IMG/VR virus record: IMGVR_UViG_3300027811_000003
Span: 32,001-96,000 of that record
DNA from: a virus
DNA length: 64,000 bases
Direction: 5' to 3' (one strand)
Part shown: one piece after another, positions 17,735-26,582 of the stretch
How positions within the stretch are numbered: position 1 is the first letter of the stretch
Layout of the letters: the number at the start of each line of letters is the position of its first letter
Notes under the pieces: generated by a model
Database searches by the model: none
Told to the model about the DNA's origin: nothing
The model's input: the letters and a program-made list of their open reading frames with translations, nothing else
Made by a program: the position numbers and the translations under genes

Positions 17735-20212
17735 TTTATTAAAACCGTACGACCCCCATCCGAGGAGATTTTTCCAAAGCTTGTCTGCTTTGCTTTTTTC
17801 AAGTCCATTCTCTTCACATCCGCTCAAGAATATTGCCGTAAGTCTATCACGTTCAGATTTTACGAACTCTGGCGTTTTGCTCTTGTCCTTCTTGAGGAGA
17901 ATTTTCCGTACGGCGTTCACGTCTTTCCAGCTCATTTTGCCAAGAACGTTACAAATCTTCATAAGTTGTTCCTGAAAAATAAGACAAGATCTCGTTGGTT
18001 TCAAGATCTCTTCGAGCAACGGATGATCATACGTTATGTCTTCGGGATGATGTTTGTTGTGAGCGTACAGCTTGTCAAATCCGCCCGAAAGAGGCCCTGG
18101 ACGATATATCGAACAAATCGCAGACACGTCAACAAACGTGTCAGGCTCTACTTGTTTCGCCAGTCTGCGAATTCCAGAATTCGTGAATTGAAATATCCCA
18201 GCAAAATTGCCATCGTGGAAAACATGCTTCAAAACTTTCTGATCGTTCAAATCCATGTTTTTAGAGCGAATCGTCTCTCTAAGCTCAGCAAAAGTCTTGC
18301 CAGTGTTTTTCGCGATCAGGTCCAAACAAAAGTGAATGATCTTCAAAGTCGCGATCGACAGAACGTCAATTTTACAGAATCCCATAGACGAAACGTTTTT
18401 GTTGACGATGCCCTCAGTGAACGCAGCCTGCGTGATGTATTGACCGTAAGTCGGGCTGTCCTTCTTAGTGTCCTTCACTCTGAGCAACGCAGTTTCTGCG
18501 GGAAGGTTGTCGCCAACGATAGTTCCAGCAGCGTGCCTTCCCATCTGTCTTATACGTCCGTACAGCGACGGGAAGTGCGTCATCATCTCAGGTCTGTCTG
18601 AAACGAGTTTGTTGAACGTGGGACTCACTCTCTTGATATCGTCGAGAGTGATCACGAGAGTGCTCTTGTCGTTGTCGATATAGAGAACTTTCAACTCTTT
18701 CTCTATTTTTCTGTTCAAGAGATTTATCTCGTTGTGATCGACGTCGTAGATGCGTCCAAGATCTTTCAGCAGACCCTTGACTTGAAACGTGCCGTACGTC
18801 GACAGACACGCGACGTTGTCTTCGCCGTACATCTTTCGAAGCAACTCTTTCGTCTCGTTCACGTCTTCGAAGTCTACATCGATGTCTGGAAGTTCTGAGC
18901 GATTTGGATCGAGGAATCTCTCGAACATCAGATCATATTTGATCGAGTCCAAGTCTGTTATACCGAGGCAATAGCAAGCGAGAGACCCGCAGCTCGAGCC
19001 TCGCCCTTCGCCCACGAGCATTGTCTTCTTCGCTTCTTCTATGATTCGCTGAACCATCAAGAAGTAATTCTGAAATCCCTTGTCCTTGATCACTTTGAGT
19101 TCACTGAGTAACCTCGCCTTGTACTTCTCGTCATGGGCAAGTCCAAGCTTCTTGAGTCCGTCTATCGACCTCTTCATGAGCTCCATCACTGGATCTTCGT
19201 ATGGAAGAGACGGCAGTCGTTGATGAGTGTCTGGTTCAAAATTCTCCACCAACGAATCGATCAACAACGTGTTTTCCATCGCTTCAATAGCAACCTTCGG
19301 CTCTAGCGTTCCGCCAAATTTCAAGAACGATTGCCACATCTCTTCTGGAGACTTGATGTACAGTTGTCTGACTCTGAAGTCCCAGTCAGGGCCTCGAGTG
19401 GCCAACGTGACCTTCTTTCGTAGCATGTACAAGATCTCTTGTGCTTGCCACTCCTCAGGCTTCGTGTAATGACTGTCAGTCGTCACAGTTAAAGGAATTC
19501 CCGTGACATCGTGAACTTTGACTAGCCAGTCGTTCAACACTCGTTGGTCGTCTGCTTCGTTGAGTTGCAGCTCCAAGAAGAACCTTCCCTTGCCGAAGAT
19601 CCTCTCAAAGTCTTGCGCCTGTGCGACGACGTCTTGAAACGTTCCATTCCCTGAAATCATGTCCCAAACCTTGAGAGCTATGATCCCACCCATGCACGCA
19701 GAAGTAGCGATCAGTCCCTTCGAATGCTCTGACAGCATCTTCTTGTCCATACGAGGCTTAGAATAGAAGCCGTACTTGTACGACTTGTAAACGAGTTGGT
19801 TGAGATTCGCGAGTCCTTCCAAACTAGACGCGAGAATGACCATATGACCTTTGCGATACAAGCTCTTAGCATCAGACTTCACTTTAGAGTTAGTGTCACG
19901 ATCAGCGTCGTCGTCGCTTCCTTCTCCGTCATCATCTTCGTCGTTTGTCTTGTTCTTCGCTCGCTCTTTCGCTATCCTCCACTCGTCAAGCGAATCGATG
20001 ACATAAGCCTCCACGCCGAAAATCGTCCTGACTCCGTGCTTCTTGCCAAACAGAAAAAAGTCCGCGTGACACGAATTGCCGCCGTGGTCAGTTATCGCGA
20101 TAGAACGAAGACCCTTGGCCTTCGCCGTCTTGATCATCTCTTCTGGCATAGCTAGAGAGTCTGCTATGGAAAATTGCGAATGGTTGTGCAGACTCGCGAA
20201 ATCTTTTATCAA
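17384..20212 (-). CDS. dnaE: DNA polymerase III alpha, N-terminal part, fused to split N-intein
   Basis: PHP LHNHSQFS/ITDHG, GRGS, PDIDVDF, GRHAAG, YRPGP, YGFNK. Confidence 0.96.
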   Translation of the reverse strand: MIKDFASLHNHSQFSIADSLAMPEEMIKTAKAKGLRSIAITDHGGNSCHADFFLFGKKHGVRTIFGVEAYVIDSLDEWRIAKERAKNKTNDEDDDGEGSDDDADRDTNSKVKSDAKSLYRKGHMVILASSLEGLANLNQLVYKSYKYGFYSKPRMDKKMLSEHSKGLIATSACMGGIIALKVWDMISGNGTFQDVVAQAQDFERIFGKGRFFLELQLNEADDQRVLNDWLVKVHDVTGIPLTVTTDSHYTKPEEWQAQEILYMLRKKVTLATRGPDWDFRVRQLYIKSPEEMWQSFLKFGGTLEPKVAIEAMENTLLIDSLVENFEPDTHQRLPSLPYEDPVMELMKRSIDGLKKLGLAHDEKYKARLLSELKVIKDKGFQNYFLMVQRIIEEAKKTMLVGEGRGSSCGSLACYCLGITDLDSIKYDLMFERFLDPNRSELPDIDVDFEDVNETKELLRKMYGEDNVACLSTYGTFQVKGLLKDLGRIYDVDHNEINLLNRKIEKELKVLYIDNDKSTLVITLDDIKRVSPTFNKLVSDRPEMMTHFPSLYGRIRQMGRHAAGTIVGDNLPAETALLRVKDTKKDSPTYGQYITQAAFTEGIVNKNVSSMGFCKIDVLSIATLKIIHFCLDLIAKNTGKTFAELRETIRSKNMDLNDQKVLKHVFHDGNFAGIFQFTNSGIRRLAKQVEPDTFVDVSAICSIYRPGPLSGGFDKLYAHNKHHPEDITYDHPLLEEILKPTRSCLIFQEQLMKICNVLGKMSWKDVNAVRKILLKKDKSKTPEFVKSERDRLTAIFLSGCEENGLEKSKADKLWKNLLGWGSYGFNKSLQANETINVFENEIVARKEIKDIKPGDLLFSRDEFSGKIFLEPVTALHDHGELELIEFTFDDGSVVRCTPNHKFRTTTGEMLPISEIMARDLEVASLADGVDVLSEMSERITKVV

Positions 20213-21114
20213 GTAGTTTTTCCGATCAATCGCAATTTGAACATCGTCGCAGTCGCGTTTCCAATAGCCTTTCGATTAGACTTCGTATCTTCAACCTCGC
20301 CAGCTCCCTCGCGTAACACATCTTCCATCATTGCATCGATGAGCTCAGGGATGTCAGACGGACTCAAATCTCTCTGCAACTTTCCCTTGAGATGATCTAC
20401 AACGTGATGAAGTCTCATCAATGTCACGAACTCGTCAGCCACAGCTTTCGCAGACGCCAGAACAAGTGCCTTGTCGCCATTCGACTCGGTGTCTTTTTTA
20501 GACTTTCGTTCGCTGAAGTCATCGCGCTTGTGCTTCGCTATGATCCTGCTTCCGTTTGGATAGTTCAACTCGATAACGGGACGAATCACGATTCCTTCTG
20601 CTGGCTTGAACGTGTAATCAGTGATATCACCGTCACGTTGAGCGTTGAGAATTCCGATCCTGGACGGTAAATCGCGTTCGCAATCGAGAGATTCCTGAGT
20701 GCATTCAACGAGGTTGAACGCGACAAAGTCCAGTCCCAGACCTTCGACCAATCTCTTCGCGTGTTCTACCTGCAGCCAGTGATCGTTTATCATGACGTCG
20801 AACGCTACGAAGCGAGCTTTCTTGCCGTAAGTCTCAGACATACCTTGCATCTTGCCGCCGTATGCTTCTCCGTAAACTGTGACCTTCGCTGGAGACTCTG
20901 GAAATGCTTCGTTGAATCGTCTAGCGAGATCTTCTTGATCGAAAACCTTGACGAACGTCTCGTATCTTTCGCCGCCAGAAAAGAACTTGATGCTCCCAGA
21001 CTCAAAACTGACGTGTGCGCTTGTTCCGTGTACTTTCTCCAACGCATAAACTCTCTTGAACAAGTCAAGAATCGAATGGTCTTTAGACAGATTTGAAATG
21101 TGCAAGTAGCCCAT
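20209..21114 (-). CDS. ATP-dependent RNA ligase (Rnl2-like)
   Basis: EKVHGT (motif I), GEAYG, FDV, EGIVIRP, IAKHK. Confidence 0.85.
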   Translation of the reverse strand: MGYLHISNLSKDHSILDLFKRVYALEKVHGTSAHVSFESGSIKFFSGGERYETFVKVFDQEDLARRFNEAFPESPAKVTVYGEAYGGKMQGMSETYGKKARFVAFDVMINDHWLQVEHAKRLVEGLGLDFVAFNLVECTQESLDCERDLPSRIGILNAQRDGDITDYTFKPAEGIVIRPVIELNYPNGSRIIAKHKRDDFSERKSKKDTESNGDKALVLASAKAVADEFVTLMRLHHVVDHLKGKLQRDLSPSDIPELIDAMMEDVLREGAGEVEDTKSNRKAIGNATATMFKLRLIGKTT

Positions 21115-21127
21115 GTTAGTCTCCTCC

Positions 21128-21301
21128 TTAAGACAATTTTCTGACGTACGTCGCCTTCGCCTTGTTTCCTTTTCTGTCGTAAGACTTGAAAACGTATCCC
21201 TCAGGAGACATGTTGATTACTAAAAGAGCGATGCTCGTGTACGGATCTACGTCGAATGTCAAAATTTTCTCATCAGGATTTTTCTTTTGCTTTTTGCTCA
21301 T
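21128..21301 (-). CDS. hypothetical protein
   Basis: 57 aa from MSKKQKK, ATGA overlap. Confidence 0.5.
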   Translation of the reverse strand: MSKKQKKNPDEKILTFDVDPYTSIALLVINMSPEGYVFKSYDRKGNKAKATYVRKLS

Positions 21302-21876
21302 GTCGTCTTTCTCTTCAACCACGCGATGAACGATCTGTTCGTCGGCTTCGGACCGTTGACTTTGTAAACGACCTTGTCGATTATAACACAACATTTCTCT
21401 AAATCATACGCGCCGTCGAAAGCAGCTCTCTCTTCTTGAACATGATATCTCATCACGTCGCCGTCGTTTAACGCGAGTTCAGATCCGTTTGGACCGCAAC
21501 GCCAACCCTCGATCATGTCAGCTATCCACGCGTTCTCGCACGCTGAAAAAACGTTCTTCAACCAAAGAGCGGGATCTTTCGCGCACATGAACACAGCGTT
21601 CGCCCAATACAGATCGAACTTCTTCTCCGTCAAAGGAACGTTATCTAGATTCCATTGATTCTTGTCGAACGACTCAATGTTCGCAGAAGGAAACATCGTC
21701 TTCAATATATCGAGTTCAACGTTAGTCGGCGAAGACGCCGCTATATTTTTTATGTCTCCTATGCTGTGTGCCCAGACAGGCAACGTCCTCATCATGACGT
21801 CAGCGTCTATTTGTCTCACGTTTTTCTCCTTTGTACCCCCGGCACGATTCGAACATGCGATTTTGATCCAATTCAC
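21298..21876 (-). CDS. methyltransferase-like protein (degenerate class I fold)
   Basis: KKFDLYWANAVFMCAKDPALWL motif II/III-like; motif I poorly conserved. Confidence 0.5.
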   Translation of the reverse strand: MNWIKIACSNRAGGTKEKNVRQIDADVMMRTLPVWAHSIGDIKNIAASSPTNVELDILKTMFPSANIESFDKNQWNLDNVPLTEKKFDLYWANAVFMCAKDPALWLKNVFSACENAWIADMIEGWRCGPNGSELALNDGDVMRYHVQEERAAFDGAYDLEKCCVIIDKVVYKVNGPKPTNRSFIAWLKRKTT

Positions 21877-21942
21877 CTCGTGTTTCGCTCAGCTCTAGAT
21901 CCAAGCTAACCGTCAGTGTTCAGGGGCAAAAACTTCAGTTAT

Positions 21943-22245
21943 TCAATAAATCGTGCACTTAAAGAAACCATGAGAATGATCTGCGTGAACGCAACTATCT
22001 GGATGCTGGCACGCGTCAAGAGTATTATACCCCAGACACTGATGCGTCAGCGACTCTCTAACAAAGGCACACTCAGTGTGTACGCTTCCGTGCCCAAGAT
22101 TTTCAATGACCTGATAGCAACCAGTCGTGTGCTGCTTGACTTTGATGTACTGCTTGTCAAGCATCGCTCTGAGAACAGCTTCCTCTTCGCTCTCAGCTTC
22201 TACTTCTTGAAACTCTCCACGCATTTCAACGATATACTTTTTCAT
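21943..22245 (-). CDS. Cys/His-rich hypothetical protein
   Basis: From MKKYIVE; C-terminal C/H cluster. Confidence 0.5.
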   Translation of the reverse strand: MKKYIVEMRGEFQEVEAESEEEAVLRAMLDKQYIKVKQHTTGCYQVIENLGHGSVHTECAFVRESLTHQCLGYNTLDACQHPDSCVHADHSHGFFKCTIY

Positions 22246-22571
22246 TCGTTTTCCTTCACTTGTCTGATGTGCTCTATCGGTTCTCCAAGCTTCGCTTTTC
22301 TCCAGTCTGGCCAAAGTCGAAGCTCGTTCTTTATCTGCTTCTTTCTGAGCATGTCTGCGATCTGTTCTGCCGTGTGACCGCTCCTCCAGGCGCCGTCAAG
22401 AGCGAGTATCACGACGTCGATCCACTCTTCTAAATCAAGCGTGTTTTCTTCTATTTCATCCAATTCCTTCTTAATATGAGCGATGATTCCAGCTGCGCGT
22501 TCACCTGGTCCAAACGTGCTTTCTGAAAACTTTCGCTGTCGTTCCAAGTGCTCAACGAGATCGAACGTCAT
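22242..22571 (-). CDS. DUF550-type dATP/dGTP pyrophosphohydrolase
   Basis: TFGPG...HIKKELDEI...EEWIDVVILALDGAWRSG...NELRLWPDWR. Confidence 0.8.
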   Translation of the reverse strand: MTFDLVEHLERQRKFSESTFGPGERAAGIIAHIKKELDEIEENTLDLEEWIDVVILALDGAWRSGHTAEQIADMLRKKQIKNELRLWPDWRKAKLGEPIEHIRQVKENE

Positions 22572-22843
22572 TTATAAGCTCCGTCGCTTGGAAGACATGT
22601 TCCGACGACATTACCGCGTTGCTTCACGACGTTCTTGCTCTTCAATTTCCTATTCGCAGATTTCTTGCTGTTCTTGAAACCCTTCAAATACCCGTTAGCG
22701 TACGTTACAGCTAACGAATCAAATTTATGCGCTTCAAAATTTAATCTTTTTGCTATAGACAGTCCTCTGCACCAAATTTCCCAATCACTTTTAGTTTTCA
22801 TTTCGTCACAGTCTTTGTCCTTGTATACGCGCAGAAGTCGCAT
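22568..22843 (-). CDS. hypothetical protein
   Basis: YANGYLKG...KNVVKQ; resembles neighbour. Confidence 0.45.
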   Translation of the reverse strand: MRLLRVYKDKDCDEMKTKSDWEIWCRGLSIAKRLNFEAHKFDSLAVTYANGYLKGFKNSKKSANRKLKSKNVVKQRGNVVGTCLPSDGAYK

Positions 22844-23052
22844 TCACAACCTTCGAGGATCACACTAACATCTTGTTTAACGACTTTATTCTTTCTAGCC
22901 ATCGATCGCTTGACTGCAATCTTTCCCGCGATAAAGCCGTAAGCATACGCATAAGCGTAAGTCAGGCCGCATCCGCGCTTCATTTCTCTCGCCACGATCT
23001 TGTCAAATTCTTCGTAAAACTTTGATTTCCTTTTCACGTCTTTTCCTTTCAA
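22798..23052 (-). CDS. hypothetical protein
   Basis: YAYGFIAG...KNKVVKQ; resembles neighbour. Confidence 0.45.
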   Translation of the reverse strand: MKGKDVKRKSKFYEEFDKIVAREMKRGCGLTYAYAYAYGFIAGKIAVKRSMARKNKVVKQDVSVILEGCECDFCAYTRTKTVTK

Positions 23053-23399
23053 AAGTCATCGTTAATGTCGTTCAACTCGCGAGCGACTTCCTGCAGCGAC
23101 TCTATTTCGTTCTTGACGCAGTTCAACGTCTTCAAAACATTCAACTTCCATCTAGTTTCATCGACAAGTTCACTCGTAAGCACGATCTCTCTGTGACAAC
23201 TGTCGTTGACGAACATTCTGCCAAACGCTCTCAAGCTTCCTGCGTTTCTATTTGTGTCAACATCTTCGAAGTAAAGCTTCGTGTCGCTAACTTCGTCGAC
23301 GATGAACAAACGAACAAACCCAATCGGATTGTTTGAGTTCATCTCGTTGAACACCATCATTTTCGTTATGTCGTTTTCGTTCATTCTGTCAGTACTCAT
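23049..23399 (-). CDS. hypothetical protein
   Basis: 116-aa ORF in packed array. Confidence 0.55.
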   Translation of the reverse strand: MSTDRMNENDITKMMVFNEMNSNNPIGFVRLFIVDEVSDTKLYFEDVDTNRNAGSLRAFGRMFVNDSCHREIVLTSELVDETRWKLNVLKTLNCVKNEIESLQEVARELNDINDDF

Positions 23400-23772
23400 T
23401 CAATATCGAATGATCAACTTCCATCAACGTCCACTTCAGCGCATTGATCAAAATGTCGATTTCGATCGGCGGATCAAACACGTAGCCTATTCTCTTCTCT
23501 CTCAAACGTTCGATTTCCTTCAAGATCGCTTCACGAGAACGCATTCTTTCTTTCTTCTTTCCCTGCGACTTGAACTTGCGTTCGCATGCGTCACAAGGAT
23601 TGCCATCGTTGCAACACGGCTCACGTGTTCCTTTGTACTTGTCAGCGTTAGAACAACGTTTGATCTTGACGGGTTTGCACGAATGATCTTTGCAATAGCA
23701 ATTGTCTGGACAAGGACAGACATTTGGCATCTCGTTAGCGTGTTCGCAGTACATCGCGCTAAGCTTCTTCAT
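23389..23772 (-). CDS. Cys-rich hypothetical protein
   Basis: CEHANE..CPCPDNCYCKDHSC...CCNDGNPCDAC. Confidence 0.6.
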   Translation of the reverse strand: MKKLSAMYCEHANEMPNVCPCPDNCYCKDHSCKPVKIKRCSNADKYKGTREPCCNDGNPCDACERKFKSQGKKKERMRSREAILKEIERLREKRIGYVFDPPIEIDILINALKWTLMEVDHSILNEY

Positions 23773-24349
23773 GTTCGCTTCCTTCCGTGAACAACTCCAC
23801 GTCGTTCTTGATCTCATTTCCCCAACAATCCCAGCCGGGAACGTTCTTCCTGGCGAACAGTTCCACGAACGGTCCGTGTCCGATCAGTTCAACTCTTCGT
23901 CTCATCTCCTCTGGCTTCTCTGAATGGGCACCTCGAGGAGCTTCGACGACTGATCTGACTTGAACTCTCTTGCCGAGATCATCGAGCTTGTAACCCGGCG
24001 ACCCTCTGACGCCGAACAAGCAAATCTCGTGGTCTCCTCGAATATACTGTCCGATCCCGTATCCAGTCGTCTTGCGCCACACGAGGTTGTTGACGTAACG
24101 AAAATTCCACGCTGTCATCACGTTTAGTCCTTCAGCGAGGAATCCGTTCACCACCCACAGAAACAAGCATGAATCGTCCTTTGCTATGCTCGCCACTGGA
24201 AGAGCTGTTATGTCATTGACGCTCATCAAAGAATAGTGAGCTGACGGCGAAACTGTCTTGCTCCACCCGCTCTTCCCGTTCTTTCCGCCAGACACGGGCC
24301 ATGGAGGATCCACGTAGAGTGTTCCGTACCTCTTAGTTTCAATATCCAC
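23759..24349 (-). CDS. MT-A70 family N6-adenine methyltransferase
   Basis: DPPW, LFLWV, EICLFG, HSEKPE, ELFAR, GWDCWGNE. Confidence 0.92.
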   Translation of the reverse strand: MDIETKRYGTLYVDPPWPVSGGKNGKSGWSKTVSPSAHYSLMSVNDITALPVASIAKDDSCLFLWVVNGFLAEGLNVMTAWNFRYVNNLVWRKTTGYGIGQYIRGDHEICLFGVRGSPGYKLDDLGKRVQVRSVVEAPRGAHSEKPEEMRRRVELIGHGPFVELFARKNVPGWDCWGNEIKNDVELFTEGSEHEEA

Positions 24350-24704
24350 TCTTCAACCTTTCGAAAACGATCTTGTTCTTCTTGCAGTATTCTTCATAAA
24401 GTTGTTCTGCATCGATTCCAGACAAGATACAAAGTTCGACGAAATACGCGAACGCATCTCCGATCTCTTCTTTGTAATGATCAATGTCAAGAGCAGTGTC
24501 GTCTGTTGACCGATGAATCTTATTTCGTAAAGTGAAGCTCGCCTCACAAAGTTCTTCTATCACGTTGAACACAGTTTCCTTCGCGAGACGTTGTCCAAAC
24601 TTTGTCTGCAAAGGAACTGGAAATTCAGGTAGCTTGTCATCTGCAACGAGCTCATTCATGAAACATTTCTGCTTGAAGAACATGTCTTCTAACTTGTCTG
24701 TCAC
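24339..24704 (-). CDS. MazG/dimeric dUTPase-dCTPase-like pyrophosphatase
   Basis: EELCEA...KEEIGDAFAY...YCKKN; directly follows the ThyA-like gene. Confidence 0.75.
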   Translation of the reverse strand: MTDKLEDMFFKQKCFMNELVADDKLPEFPVPLQTKFGQRLAKETVFNVIEELCEASFTLRNKIHRSTDDTALDIDHYKEEIGDAFAYFVELCILSGIDAEQLYEEYCKKNKIVFERLKSGY

Positions 24705-25675
24705 TTTTTCTTCTCCTCTTTGTCTCTCTTGCTTCTGTGATCGTTGAGCTGCTTGATTATCCATTTGGCTGCCCCCTTGAAGTTCATCGATGTCGTGTGG
24801 TGAACCAAACCCTCACGGAGGCCTGATTCTATATCTAGCAAGTCTCTGATATCCCAGGCGTCGCTGAGAGGTTGCATCGTTCCCGTTGAACAATGGCCCT
24901 CAAAAGAACTATCCAATTCTTCAACGACTTTCTTAGCTGTCTTCCAATCTCGTTCGTACAGATGCATCGACCCAGCCGAATGATGATATTCGCCGAGCTT
25001 AAGATTTATCATGCCGCTTAGCTGAAGAGTCTTGAGCATCATTTCCTGTAAGAGAGTGAAACTGAAAACATCGTAAGGCAGCCCCCACCACACGTCGTTT
25101 GAACGCATAGTAACATGCAAATGAAGTTTGCTTTTTCTTATGAAGAATTGCAAAGACAAAGTGCAAGGGACGTCTTTCGATTGTCGTAACGACGCGTAAA
25201 CGACATCTTTAGGCTGATTGATTGTGATCACGGCTCTACGTGAATCGTTGTCGTCAAGAAGCGTGTTCGTCACAGCGTCCCATTGCGTGACAGGATTCGA
25301 TATTCCTTCGCTTGGATGATAAAAATTTTCAGTTAGCATCCTGTGACCGTAAGCTGAATTGAGTGTCTCTCCGTCGTCTGAGAAATCCTTCATGCGTTTG
25401 TTGTAGTACAACATCGTTTCCAAATCGTTTCTACCTGCAGCATACCACAGAAATTCTCCACAAGCGAATCCGTAGTTCACTTTGCGTACTTTAGAAGTTA
25501 CAAGTCTAGCTCGAGGATTTGACAACGTGATGTCGAAGAACAGATTCTCCTTTATTTTCATGTCACGAGGGCTGCACGTAAATTCGCTGTGCTTAAGAAG
25601 CTCACGCAACACGTCATGATACACTTCGTTCATCGTGTCGCAAACAAGATTAGTTCCCAAACATTCAAATGCCAT
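24701..25675 (-). CDS. thymidylate-synthase-fold enzyme, probable dCMP hydroxymethylase/methylase
   Basis: AYGHR, SRRA, PCT, MRSNDVWWGLPYD (Asp in place of the TS Asn), SMHLYE. Confidence 0.85.
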   Translation of the reverse strand: MAFECLGTNLVCDTMNEVYHDVLRELLKHSEFTCSPRDMKIKENLFFDITLSNPRARLVTSKVRKVNYGFACGEFLWYAAGRNDLETMLYYNKRMKDFSDDGETLNSAYGHRMLTENFYHPSEGISNPVTQWDAVTNTLLDDNDSRRAVITINQPKDVVYASLRQSKDVPCTLSLQFFIRKSKLHLHVTMRSNDVWWGLPYDVFSFTLLQEMMLKTLQLSGMINLKLGEYHHSAGSMHLYERDWKTAKKVVEELDSSFEGHCSTGTMQPLSDAWDIRDLLDIESGLREGLVHHTTSMNFKGAAKWIIKQLNDHRSKRDKEEKKK

Positions 25676-26582
25676 GTATGTCCTCTATCAATCTTTCTAG
25701 TATGTCTGAACTTATAGAATGACCTGCCGCTCTCTTATGCCCGCCGCCGCCGAACAGTTGCGCGAGCTTGGACACGTCGTAATCTCTTGACCTAAAGCTT
25801 ACACTTCCTTTCTCAACGTTTATCTGACATGCTACGTCCAAATCCTTTCTTCTAGCAAGAAGTCTGTTAAGCAACGGAGAAGTGTTGTTATCTGACGACA
25901 CGATGTACCCAACGCTTATTTCGCTTCCGTCTATCGTGAGTTGCTTTTCGCGCACTTTTCCGATCAAATCTTCTATTATTCGTTCTTTCCTGTCTCCGAT
26001 CATCGACACAATTTCTTTTTCGTCTACGTCGAATATGCTTTCTCTGTACACATTTCTACCGTAACGAAATCTATCTACGAAGTTGTCGCTTCCGACGAAA
26101 GCATGAAACGCAGACAAGTCATCCGACTCTGGAATTTTCTTTGTCCAGAGATCGTCATCCTGAATAATACGAGAAAGCTTGTACGAATAGTCATCTGACA
26201 ATTCGAGATAAAGCCTAAGCAATTCTGTGCCACATTTTTCTTGATCTATCAAGCACCAGCTTTCGTTTGTCAAGTGAGAAGCCGTGTTGTGATGGTCAAG
26301 AAGAACGCAGTTGCCTCTTTTTTCAAGCAACTTGTGGTCGTCGTGGTCCTTTGCAAACCCGACATCTGCAAAAATCAAAAACTTGTCATTTAAATCATGA
26401 AGATTTCTGTTTATGAACCTTCCAACTTCGCCAGCGTTTACTTCGTAGATGCTGCTTTTATCACCGCCAGCGCGCAAGAACATGATCTTCGCGCCGCTGC
26501 CGTCAAGACAATTCTTGTGAGTCACAAGCACTGCGTCTTCTATGTTTTGAAAACGAGGTAACGATTTTATTGAAGCCATCAT
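25665..26582 (-). CDS. DHH family phosphoesterase
   Basis: HKNCLDG, FAD, LDHH, GGGGHKRAAG. Confidence 0.9.
   Translation of the reverse strand: MMASIKSLPRFQNIEDAVLVTHKNCLDGSGAKIMFLRAGGDKSSIYEVNAGEVGRFINRNLHDLNDKFLIFADVGFAKDHDDHKLLEKRGNCVLLDHHNTASHLTNESWCLIDQEKCGTELLRLYLELSDDYSYKLSRIIQDDDLWTKKIPESDDLSAFHAFVGSDNFVDRFRYGRNVYRESIFDVDEKEIVSMIGDRKERIIEDLIGKVREKQLTIDGSEISVGYIVSSDNNTSPLLNRLLARRKDLDVACQINVEKGSVSFRSRDYDVSKLAQLFGGGGHKRAAGHSISSDILERLIEDIHGI

Noticed and set aside
22242-22571. 2-aminoadenine (Z) genome
   Set aside because: DUF550 alone is insufficient; no purZ in this window
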